DNA from: Macrostomum lignano
Lineage: Eukaryota
NCBI GenBank assembly: GCA_002269645.1
Contig: NIVC01000117.1
Coordinates: 1-42,496 of the forward strand
Direction: 5' to 3'
DNA length: 42,496 nt
Of the stretch, positions 30,286 through 42,300 are shown one piece after another; the stretch's first letter is position 1; each line of letters opens with the position of its first letter. The notes beneath the pieces were generated by a model, which did not search any database, was not told the origin of the DNA, and saw nothing but the letters and a program-made list of their open reading frames with translations. The translations under genes were made by a program, and so were the position numbers.

Positions 30286-30844
30286 TATAGAATTTCGGAA
30301 AGGTTGCAATGAAAACGAAAGGTATTAATATTATTATTGCAGCAATAAATAGTGAGAAAACTGTAATTGACGGTAATTAGTTTACCAAGAGCAAGAACGC
30401 GGTTTGGCAATTATTGAAAGTCGCAGCTTCTCGATATCCACAGATTTGTCCGACATTTTCAAAACTTTTAAAGGTTTTAGCAGAACTGTCGCGCTCTCTC
30501 TAAAGCTTGCAGATGGAAGCCAGCAAAATCACGTGAAGCCAGCTTAATATTGAAGTCAAGCCTAGATAGAAAGAAGGACGAACTATTTAGAGAAGATTTA
30601 ATCAACGTTATAAACTGTGAAGCTGGGCCACTGAGGGGTCACATGATGTGCATTTCAATTTGGCTCAGCGGCTGTGATGGCGATGGGCTGGAATGTGAAG
30701 ATCAGTATAGAAAGCAAAGGTGTTTTAAGCGCTTTTAGTTTAAAACTGTAGTTTGTCCTCTGCAGCAAAGCGAGCGAGGGTAGAATTTCGTCACTCTTGG
30801 TAACTTCTTCTTGGTAATCACATTGGTTAACCCAACGTACCGCT

Positions 30845-31660
30845 TTGGTATCTTAATTATTATCTTGGGTATCTCATTCCTAATCTAGGGTATCTCAATC
30901 CTCATCTAGGGTATCTCAATCCTTATCCATGGTATCTCATTCCTCATGTAGGGTATCTCACTCTTTATCTTTGGTATCTCATTCCTCATCTAGGGTATCT
31001 CAATCCTCATCTAGGGTATCTCACTCCTTATCTTTGGTATCTCATTCCTCATCTAGGGTATCGTAATCCTTCTCTTGGGTAATATCAATCCTTATCTTGG
31101 GTATCTCAATCCTAATCTTTGATATCTCATTCCTAATCTACCGGTAGGGTATCTCATTCCTCATCTAGGGTATCTCAATCCTTATCCATGGTATCTCATT
31201 CCTCATCTAGGGTATCGTAATCCTTCTCTTGGGTAATATCAATCCTTATCTTGGGTATCTCAATCCTAATCTTTGATATCTCATTCCTAATCTACCGATA
31301 GGGTATCTCATTCCTCATCTAGGGTATCTCAATCCTTATCCATGGTATCTCAATCCTCATCTAGGGTATCTCAATCCTCATCTAGTGTATCTCACTCCTT
31401 ATCTAGGGTATCTCATTCCTCATCTAGGGTATCGCAATAATTGTCTTGGGTAATATCAATCCTTAATCTTGGGTATCTCAATCCTTATCTTGGGTCACTC
31501 CTTATCATTGGTATCTCAATTATTATCATGGGTATCAAATCCTTATCATTGGTATCTCAATTATTATCATGGGTATCAAATCCTTATCATTTGTATTTCA
31601 ATTATTATCATGGGTATCCAATCCTTCTTTGGGTATCTTAACCCTTACATTGGGTATCTC
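30845..31660. repeat. Minisatellite, ~21-bp unit (tagggtatctcattcctcatc), with higher-order blocks
   Basis: Direct reading; block ~31022-31145 recurs at ~31195-31300. Confidence 0.92.
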
Positions 31661-32203
31661 AGTCCGTATATTTTAGTTCCATCATTTTCGTATCCAATAT
31701 CCACTGTTCCAAAACATCCTCAACATTCCTCAACACGCCTACACTAATAATTACGACCTATCCAACAGAAAATCCATATTAAGTAAAAATTAATAGCTGT
31801 GACGATTTGCTAGACAGACATAAACAACTCGAAAGAACTCATTAATTAAGCTCAATGCTGACGCAAAAAGAGCAGCTAATTGGGTGAGCGGGGGCCGTTA
31901 TTTCCCGCCATCATTTGCGTTGAAAAGAAGATGATGCATTTGAGCTGATCACCTGCCGCCTTTGGGGAGTCATGCAGCCCGGTGGACCGGGGGTGAAACT
32001 GCATCAGATTCTTTATTGTTTCTCATCAGACTGCTGGCCATCCTGCTGGCTGATGGTCTCCACTGAATGCCACTAGCGGAGCCCGTAGCCAGGAGGACAA
32101 GCAGATGGCCTTTCATTTTATTTCTCCTATCGATCCCCCAAACCTTCCTTTCTCTGCCTCACCTTCTCTTCTCCCCTCTAACTTCCTTCTCCTCTCCCTC
32201 TCT

Positions 32204-32204
<1 letters not shown>

Positions 32205-32235
<31 letters not shown>

Positions 32236-33252
32236 AATACGCTGTCAATATGGCAAAAGTCTGCGTCACAGGGCGCGCTTCATGGCTTGGGCGCGAACAA
32301 AGGCCGCGCCACCGGCAGTGTCCGGGGCGCCGGCGTCAGCCAGCAGACAGTCGACATTACGCCGAGTTTGCGCTTGACCTCCCGGGTAGGGTGCCTGCAG
32401 CATGAGCAGCAGCACCTCCTGCACCGCTGTGGGCAGTACGACTCGGCGCGGATGAGATGGCCTGCGAGCTGGAGTCGCCGACGGCGCAGTAGATCACTTG
32501 GACGTGGCAGGCCAGCACGGCGATAGAGTGCCGCGTTGGTGACTCGCTCGACGCCGATGTTGAAGGCGGCGCGCAGCAGGCCAGCGTGCGCCGCATCGAC
32601 TTGCTGTTCGAGTGAGTCCGTCAGCGTCCAGGTCTCGGCGTTGTACAGCAGGACGGTCTCGATTACCGCCTGGAACAGCGCCGCCCTCTGGCGGTCCGGT
32701 AGGGCCTCGGACTGCAGGACTGCCTCACAGAACGAAAGGCAGCCCAGGCAAGCCCGCGGCGGCGTCGCAGGTCCTCGCGAGCGTCTGGAACCAGACCGCC
32801 GAGGTAGACGAACTGCTGACATCGCGGGAGTTCGGTCGCCTGCCCGTCAGCGCCTCGGCAGAATATTGCAGCCTCGATGTCGTCCGGCACGCACAGCACA
32901 ACGGTCTTCTGCGTGTTGACCACCAGGCCGACACTCGCCGCAACGGCAACTAGCCTGTCCAGCTGCCGTTGGGCGCCCTCGACGGTCGAGGACAGCAGGG
33001 CGAGGTCGTCGGCGTAGCCAAGCACGCTGAGCCGCTTCTCCGGTTGACGTCGACCTACGCGTCGCCGCAGCAGAAAACCGTCGTCGTCGGTAGGAAGAGC
33101 AGTCCGCAGCACCCAGTCAAGCACCATGACGAACAGGAACGGCGCCAGCGTATCTCCCTGAAGTACTCCGGAGGATGTCTTAAAGGAGTCCGATAGGCCC
33201 TCCGGTGTTGTCACAGCAGCTGTCGTATCACGGTAATCGCCAATGGCGGAGA
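32205..33252 (-). mobile_element. 5'-truncated non-LTR retrotransposon (RTE-like), RT C-terminal half with (TTG)n tail
   Basis: GVLQGDTLAPFLF, LGYADDLALL, GLVVNTQKT, FVYLGG, VLLYNAETWTLT, RRRRLQLAGHLIR, with two frameshifts. Tail (aac)n at 32205-32234. TSD TCCCTCTCTA at 32195-32204 and 33253-33262. Clade assignment is tentative. Confidence 0.9.
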
Positions 33253-33409
33253 TCCCTCTCTACCATCCCTCTCTCTATCCCCACTACCCGGATTCACTCC
33301 CTCTACCTCTCTAACCTCCTTCTCTCTCCACCTCTACCTTCTATCCATCTGTTGATGAGGGGCCGACCCTGCTCGACCGTTCACTAGCCGGCACCGATCA
33401 CTTCATCTG

Positions 33410-34900
33410 AAATCTTGAGACGCAAGCTGGAGGCTATCAAAGAGGGCGCCCAAGACCGTAGGAGCACTCCAAACATTAACAAGACCGAGGTACATGTAAG
33501 AGCACTACAAGACCTGCGAGAGGACAAGTCAATCGTCATCAAGCTGACCGACAAGGGCCATCAGCTGGTTATCCTGGACCAGCAGGACTACGTGCGCGAA
33601 TGCTGGACGACCCGCTCTTCCACCGGCCTATGAGCGCGAATAAACCGCTTCACGCCCGGTGGATCCGCGCCGTCTTCCAGTCGCTTCGAAGAGTTTCGAA
33701 CTCGGTGCTTTTACGTTCTGCTGAAAATACACACGACCGTCAAATAGTGACCGCTCAATGGCATCCCTACAAGTCGACCCATTGTGTCGGATGTGGACAG
33801 CGAGTCGCTTCATTGAAAGTTTCATACAGCCTCAGAGAAGACTTTCCTGTTCACCATGGATGTCGCCAGACTGTACAAGAACATCCTGACTGACGCCGGA
33901 ATCGGCTGTGTGCGGAGGGCATTGAGGGAGCACCCGGCATCGTACAGCGCCCTGACGATAGCCTTCTCGCGCTGCTCAAGTTGAACTTGGAGTGCAACGA
34001 CTTTAAGTTCGACGGCCAGTTCTTCATGCAGGTCAAGGGCCCAGCTGTAGTAACATTTGCATGAGATACTGGGAGCGGAGACGGCCAGTACAACGAAACC
34101 CACCCTGTGGCTCCAGTACATCGACGATATCTTCGGCTCATCCTCTTCCACCAACTACTTGAGGGCCTTGACCCCAACATCAGGCTGCAACTGAGCTACA
34201 GCAACACTGTGGTGGATTTTTTGGACCGGGCAGGAGACACCAAGAAGCTCGGCACCAGGGTGTTCTTCAAGCCCACTGACAGCCGAGAGCAGTCATCCAC
34301 CGCGGCTCGTTCCACTCTAAGCGGATTTTCAAAGGTTTTTAAGTCCCAGCTCGTCAGGTACGCCCGGCGCTGCTCAAGAATGTCTGGCTTCGACGTTGCC
34401 TGCTCCGAATTGATGTCTAATCTGTTACAGCATCAGGGCTACAGTAAGTATGAGATGCTGACGGAGCTGGGCTTTTTTCCGACGATGGGAGCGGTCGGAG
34501 TTCGGCTTCCTGCCCTGCAACCCGAGCCGACTCTGCAGAAACTGCCGTGCGCACTCGAGATTCACCTCAGTCTGTCCGAGATCGGCTGCCACGACAGTTC
34601 AGATTTTCATCAGGCAGAGAATCAACCGCAACCCTGTGACCGCACAGCTTTACGTCAAAGAGATGGCTAACAGAATCTGGGCACGTGTGCTGGCTCTCAT
34701 CAGCGATACACCTGTGGTCTGACACTTCACCGGTGATAATCACAGTGTCGCGAATTTTGCCTTCACCGGCGTATGGACACGCGACAGTACGGAACTCAGG
34801 ACGGGGCGAGCAGTTTTAACGTCGGGATGCTCAGCTGATCGACGTCATGAAGACCCAACGTCCCATACGGCATCAGTGAGAGATCTAAGGTGCTCAACAA
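33410..34900 (+). mobile_element. Decayed Penelope-like retroelement (RT plus start of GIY-YIG region)
   Basis: LQDLREDKSIVIKLTDKGHQLVILDQQDY (KADKG motif), MDVARLYKNI, LKLNLECNDFKFDGQFFMQVKG, WLQYIDDIFG, VDFLD, TRVFFKPTDS. Many frameshifts. Confidence 0.85.
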
Positions 34901-35142
34901 CCCGGCAGTCCCTCGTCTCTATCTGCTTTATCTCATCTCATTTTTAAAGGTCACAGTGACCTACACATGTGGTTCGCTACATTTAATATTTTAGTGTCTA
35001 CGACTCATTTGGATGTATGCTGGAACATACCATCTGCGTACGCTTTTATTTTAAATTGCGCGCTCGCCACTCACCCATCGACCACTCACTTCTCATCGTT
35101 ATATCCGAGAACACCTCGCTTAAAAATATTTGCGTTCATAAT

Positions 35143-35180
35143 AGCCCTGAGGAAGAATACAATATTCCAAATATCAGCAT
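35143..35180 (+). ncRNA. Possible degenerate minimal hammerhead ribozyme downstream of the Penelope-like element
   Basis: CTGAGGA-A-GAATA-caa-TATTC-CAAA-TA-TC: core and stem II present, but GAAA reads CAAA and stem I is imperfect. Confidence 0.3.
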
Positions 35181-35889
35181 TTCATTTAACATCTGCGCTT
35201 ACCGTGTCAGTGTTTTGGGGTCTGAGGACTTCCCTCTCTCCCTCTTTCCCTTCCCCTCACCCTTATCCCCCTCTGCCTCTTTACTGTACCCTCTCTGCCA
35301 TACCCCACTGTCTGGCTTCTATATTTCGTACCTATTCTCAGCTGTCCGACTCTGAGCAGCCTCTCTTTCAAATTTTATGTGGATAAAGTTTGGGTGGGTC
35401 CTAGAGTTAAACCACAGTAAGTTAGTCCAACGACACGGTACAAGCGTACTTAACATAAATGTACCTTTAATTAGATAAAGAATTATTTCCAAGAAATACG
35501 TGCACGATATGCGTACAATAATATGCTGAAATTCATAGGCTCGCATGCATATCTGTCAAATAGGGGCTAGATTTCCTGGAAATAGCACCGCCCGTGAAGA
35601 ACAGCAATTATACAGTACATATAAATAATGATATATATCTATGAACCCCTGTCTGTTCAATAACAAATAAGTGTGCGTATCTGACCACCCAAGAAACAAT
35701 AACTTGATCCTTCTGTACAATATATTTCTACCATATACTAAAATCACCAACTAATTCATTCGAAAAGGTAAAGAACTGTCATTTTATTTTGAAAATTTGC
35801 GAACTACAAAGCTAGTTATGCGTATATTACAAAATAATCGTAAAAAATAGTTTGCTAGACGCTTGGAGTCTACATACTTAATAAATTAT

Positions 35890-36228
35890 AAGTGTGTGTC
35901 TCTGCTGTTTAATATGTGTGTCTACTCTTTGTGAGGTGTGTGTGTCTGCTGTGTGAGGTGTGTGTCTACTCTGTGCGAGGTGTGTGTGTCTGCTGTGTGA
36001 GGTGTGTGTCTACTCTGTGTGAGGTGTGTGTCTACTCTGTGCGAGGTGTGTGTCTCTGCTGTTTAAGATGTGTGTCTACTTTATGTGAAGGTGTGTGCGT
36101 GTGTGTGTGTGTGTTAGTGAGGCTGTGCCTCTGCTGTGTGAGGCTGTGTCTCTGCTATATGAGGCTGTCTCTCTGCTGTGTGAGGCTGTGTCTCTGGTGT
36201 GTGAGGCGTGTGTCGACTCTGTGTGAAG
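35890..36228. repeat. TG-rich degenerate minisatellite, ~20-bp unit (gtgtgtctactctgtgtgag)
   Basis: Direct reading; explains the Cys/Val-rich 35916..36293 ORF. Confidence 0.9.
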
Positions 36229-36385
36229 TATTCATATCAAGTTTTATATTGAAAGCTGTGATTTACTGTGCGGCTACTGAGCAATGGCCATAAATTCCGA
36301 AATATTCCCAATAGTTGCAATACTTGTATACATTCGCGATCGTGTTGAACATATTTCGTTCAAATACTTCAGGTAGGCCTCTGCG

Positions 36386-39300
36386 ATGGCTCAGGCTTCT
36401 GATGGTCTGCGTCTCCGCGGCCAGTCCGAACCGCTCACCCGGCGACTCAAGCGACTGCTCGACGAGTACACCGACGGTCTCGCGGTGCCCAAGGAGTTGC
36501 TGCAGAATGCTGACGACGCGGGAGCCACCGAGGTCACGCTGCTCTACGACTGTCGCGAGAACTCCGACTGGCGCGGCTCCGAGTCGCTGCTCGATCCGGC
36601 GATGGCCGACTGTCAGGGACGGGCGCTGTGGGCCTTCAACAACGCCACCTTCAGCGATGAGGACTTCGACAACATCCTGCAGCTGAGCGGAGCCACCAAG
36701 CTGGAGAAGACGGCCAAGGTCGGTCGCTTCGGTCTGGGCTTCAACTCAGTGTACAACCTGACTGACGTGCCGCAGATCCTCAGTCGACACCGCATGCTGA
36801 TCCTCGACCCGCACGGTGAGCGCAGGGGCGAGGGCTACTTGGAGGCGGTGTACGCGAGTCACGGGGACAGGGACACTGGAGTTGAGCTCGACTTTCAAGC
36901 ACAGCCGAGTCTGCAGGATCGGTACGCCAACCAGTTTGCACCGTTCGCTGGGGTCTTAGGCTGCAATCTGCGAGCGACTGGAGGCCACTTTGCGGGGTCG
37001 CTGCTGCGTCTGCCGCTGCGCACTGAGGCTCAGGCAGCGAAGTCGAAGATCTGCGATCGCGTGTACTCTGACTCGGAGATCCGCGGCTTGCTGAGACTCG
37101 CTGCAGAGCAAGCCGACGCTATGCTTCTGTTCACCCAGACAGTGCGAACATTCCGATGTCTGTTCCTGCCGTCCAATGCGACCGATCCTTCAAAGCAAAC
37201 TCAACTCGTGTTCTTCGCTCACAAAAGGCCTCTCAAGTATTTCCAGCAACATGCCATCGCACTGCCACCGCTGCCAATAGCAGGAATGTCAAAGGCGGAT
37301 CAAGAGTTCGCTGCTCAGAGCTCCATTCTCAAGGTAGCCGAAGCTCTGATCGTATCTGCTACTAAAAGAGGCCCAGGACAAAATCAAGAGCATCGCTGTC
37401 AAGCGACTGTCGAGGTGGAAGTTCAGCTTGGAGACTCCGCTCAAGACCAGTTCCAGATCAGCACAGCCGCCTCCACCGGAGTGTGGCTCGTGTGCGCTGC
37501 TGTCGGCACTGGGCAGTCGCTCGCTGTCGCGTTGGAGCAGCGTCGTCTCGGACTGGCGCCTGTGGGAGCCGTGGCGCTGCCCATCGAGCAGTCTCGCAGG
37601 ATCGTGCCGCTGTCCCGTGACACACGGCCGGCCTCGCTGCTGTTCTGCTTCCTACCGCTGCCTGTAGAAAATCCATTTCCTGTGATGCTGAATGCGAGCT
37701 TCTCCGTCACCTCGAGCCGACGGCACCTCAACGAGGTCACAGTCGACGAGAAGCAGGGCGTGTGGAGTCTCGGCGAGTGGAACCGAGTGCTGCTCACAGA
37801 AGTCATTTGTCCTGCCTACATCGACGCTCTGAAGATTCTAAGTGGAATGTCTTTGGTGAATGCAGAGATTTCGCAAGAGCTGTGGCCTCGATTCGACAGA
37901 GCTACTCAGTCTGTGTGGAGGCCTCTTATTGAGAAGTTCTACGCTTGCCTGCTTGACGGTCAGGCGTCAATCTTTCACACATCAGCCGGCTGGAAGAGTT
38001 TGGGACACACAGTGTTTCTGGATCCCAGCATCCTGTCACTGGGTGGGATTTCAGATTGTTTGAGTCGACTCGCCACGAGACTCGTGGGTCAGCACGAAGG
38101 TGTTGCATCGTTGACCGATGGAGTTCGACGAACTGTGGAGCAGCTGGGACTGACGAACAAGATTCTGCAGCGTCAGTGGTCGGGCGAGACACTGCTGCTT
38201 AATTTGGTGCCGAACATGTCTCGCCTGTGGCAGTCGGGCTACTCTGATGACTGCTTTAGAGCGCTGAAATTCATGCTGGATGTCATCAGTGGAGGTGGCA
38301 ATGCAGACTGGAGCTCCCCTTCTAGAATTGTAACTCAAAAGGTTTTGAATTCGTTAAAGCTCTCCTACTGCATTCCTAACGTCGGAAACGCCCTGTGTCA
38401 GCCTCTACAGCTTCTGGACTCCAGCTGTCAGGCTGCAAGGCTATTCGAAATTAACGCAAGCGTGTTTCCTAACAGTGACCTGCAGACACCGGATCGGCTG
38501 AGAGCGCTCCGCACAGTCGGGCTCCGCGCGGATCTCAGTTGGGCCGAGTTGCTGAGTCGCGCTCAGTCAGTTGCTGCGCTCTCCGAGCCTCAGAGAACCG
38601 AGCGCACGGTGTTGCTGCTTTCGTACTTGGATTCGTTCCGTTCTCGGTTTCCAAACCAACCGATTGGTCAGCTGAGAAACGTGGCGTTTCTACCTGCTTT
38701 GAAGAGGCCCAACAACAGTTGCCTTGTCTGGCGAGCTGATCAGTATCCAAAAACGCAAATTTTCCAGCCTAGTCAGCTGTTTGATGCCAGCTGCAAAGAT
38801 CTTGCATCCGCATCGCAGCTTATTTTGGACGAGACGGTACTGCGTGATGTTGCCTCATCAAGGAGACGCGATCTTTTGGCTCAAATCGGAGTTCTGAACG
38901 TGAGTTACGTCGCCAATGAGGTGGCCTGGCAGCAGCTGGAAGCTCTGGCCGGCACCCGAGCTGGCAATGAAGAAACTCTGGAGTGAGCCGGTACGTCTAT
39001 CGACACCTCAGTGCCCAAATCTCTTCCGGTTATCTCAATGGGAATAGCGTCCTTAGCATGGTGAAACAGACTCCGAATATTATTTGGTCCCCGAAAGGAT
39101 TCATAAGGCCTGCTCAAGTAAGTCTGTCGAGATCTGATGCGGGATTCGAGCCATTTCTTCATGTTTTGCCTTCCGAACTAAGCGGCATCCAGTGCGACAG
39201 CTTTTTCAAGGCAGCTGGAGTCAATCAAAAGTTCACGGCATCGCACTATGCAGGTGTGCTTAAACTTCTTTCTCAGCGTTACTCCTCGGCACCACTAGCA

Positions 39301-42300
39301 CCTGGCGATCTAGATTTGAGCCTTAAAATACTCGATCAGATCGGCCGCTGTCAGGATGAAGCCTTGGCGACTGAAAAACTTGCTCGCACCCGACCATAGC
39401 TGCATTCTGAGATCCTGCACACAGCTGTGCTTTAACAACCTGCCTTGGATGAAGTCTGTGCAACTACCAAATGAGACTTTCTTCTGCCACGAAAACATCT
39501 CCTTCGGGCTGTGCCAGAAGCTTGGAATTCCAAGCCAGAGAGAAAGCATGCTGGCTCAAGCGATGCAGCCTCTGCCTTTCGGCCAACACGAGGACCTCAC
39601 AACCAGATTACAGAACATCATTTCCGGATACCCGCTTGGGATCGAGCTCTTCAAGGAACTCATTCAAAACGCTGATGATGCTGGGGCATCAAAGATCAGC
39701 TTCATCATCGATCGTCGGCATCACGGGACCGAGCGAGTGCTGAGTGACAGCTGGAAGGAGCTGCAGGGACCCGCGCTACTCGTCTACAACGACTCGACAT
39801 TCTCCGATGCGGACATCGAAGGCATCCAGAACCTCGGTCTCGGGTCCAAGCGAGACGACGCATGGAAAGCTGGACAATACGGCATCGGATTCAACTGTGT
39901 GTACAATATCACGGATGCGCCGTCGTTTCTGTCCAATGGAAAGATTTTCTGCGTGATGGATCCGCACTGCAGGTACATGCCTGGTGCTACTTTGGCTTCT
40001 CCCGGAGGTATGTACAAGAACGTCGAGTGTTGGAAAGATACTTTTCGTGACGTATTTGCTGGATACTTTCTAGAGAGCTTGCCTCAAACGGGAGGAACCG
40101 TGTTTCGACTGCCGCTGAGAACGGTGAGCTCAGCTAAAGAATCTAGAATATGCGAAAGATTGGTCAGTGCCGATGACATCAAGCACCTATTCGACGAATT
40201 CAAGAATGAACTTGGGCGAACTGCCTTGTTTCTCTTGAATATCCGTGAAGTGCAACTCTCTGAAGTATCGGCAGACAACAAGCTTACAACAGTTTTTGCC
40301 GCCAAGTTGGAAGTTGAAAATGTATCAGGGTGCTTCGATGACTTCAAGGAGGCGTGCGAAACTGCCAGTCAACAGCTGCAGACCACGGGAGCTCAGTTAA
40401 GCCGCATTCCAGTCAGCTCGGTCACCTACGAACTCACGGTGAGCGGGACTGGCACCAATTTCAAGCAAAGATGGCTCGTTTTTCAAAAACTTGGAGGTCG
40501 ACTGGACAACATGCCCGCACAGCTGCAGCAGCAAGTGGCCTCCGGAAAGTGGCGTCTTCTGCCAAAGACCGGAGTCGCCGCTCCCGAAACAGGCAACATA
40601 GAAGGTCACGTCTACTGTCTGCTGCCATTGCCTGTGACGACTGCACTTCCTGTACACGTGAACGGTCACTTCATTCTGGACCCATCGCGCAGATCTCTGT
40701 GGAAGGCGGATGGAGCTGTAGATGTCAAGGAGCAATGGAACCAAGTGCTGGCCACTCAGCTTCTGCCTGACTGCTACGGCAGTCTACTCGAAATAGCAAA
40801 AGCAGTTTATCCGAATGTACAGAGCGTACACCACTTCTACAGCCTTCTTCCAGAGTACCACGCAAGCAATCAGACGCTGTGGGGCCAGCTTGCAAAGCTT
40901 GTCTTCCAAAACGCCTTTCGATTTCGATGGGCAATCTTCCCTGTGCACTCCGTACTTGAAAAGCAGCTGAAGTGGCTGCCGCTAGCACAGAGCTCAGGTG
41001 ACGCCAGTGGTTGTGCGGCATTCCTGACTCCGCACAATTTGACCGCTTATCTTCAGAACGTTTTGAGTAAACTGCAATTTCCCATCATGGTCCCGGATCA
41101 TGTAGGCCTTCGTCAGTCGCTTGAGTCGAGCCAGCTGGAGTTCACCCCGGTCGCTGATGCTGTGTCCATTTGCGCATTTCTCAGAGGTCCAGCCTGCAAG
41201 CAACTTCGAGATTCGTTGCCGAGTGATGTGTGGGCGACATCATTTCAAACTCCTGAGGCCGTTGTAAGCCTGCTCGCATATCTGCTTGATGAACTGCAAG
41301 AGCAGGTGCAGCATCTCATCGGAGTGCCCTTGAATTTAGGAGCCGGAAAACGACTCTCTGAGTTTGGTCATGGATCGATGCCTCTATTTCTCACTCAATT
41401 CCATGACTTGTTTTCGCACAGTGAAGCAAAGCACGAGTTTGTGCACAAGAAAGTTTTGTCCCAGGTCGATCCGAAGACGCAAAACTATTTGATCCGGAGA
41501 ATGTTTTGCAAAAAGTTTCAGCTGGTGGATTTTCACACTCTTCTGCACAGGGAGCACCCCGCAATCTGCAGGACTGACACTGCCTTTTTACCAAATTCAG
41601 AGTTCGGAATGGAAGCCGGGTTTCTCCAACAATGGTTGAATCAAGTGTGGGAGTTTCTGGACAGCCAATGTTCTGAGGAGGATGCACCAATTCAAAATTT
41701 ATCCTCTGCCGGACTGAGCAGCGCACACCTGATTCCTGTCAGCCAGTCTCGCTTTGCAAGCCTCTCACTGGCGCCCTGTATTTATGAGCCAATCAAATTC
41801 CGTCTCGATGACTGCAGCAAAGCAGTCGAGGAGTCTCTGCAGCAACTCAACGCTCCTTCGCTCAGCATGATGGGCTTGAAGCTGGTCGGGAGTCTGTGTG
41901 GCAACGTCAGACAGCCCGAGTCCATGCTGAGAGTGATGGAGTTCGCTCTGAATGAGAACGCTGAGAGATCTGCGACCACTGAGAAGCAAGCTGTGAGCTT
42001 TTTGGTGTACATTCAGAGCAACTGGGGAGAGCTAAGTAAGAGAATGGGAGAGCAGAACCTCCTTGTCAGAGTGCGTCAATTACCGGTGTTTGTCACTTCT
42101 GACGGTCGCTGCTGCGCGCTCAAGTCTGAGCAGGCCTGCATCTTGCCGGCATCGCTCGTGGCTGACGAGATGGACGAGTGGAAGAGCTCCAGCAAGGCCA
42201 TCTTCTTGAAGGCAAACTGGTCTCTCACGATGCTGTACGAAAAGCTTCAATGCGACGAAATGGCAGAGCTTGAGGTTTATGCGAGATTTATCCTGCCAGT

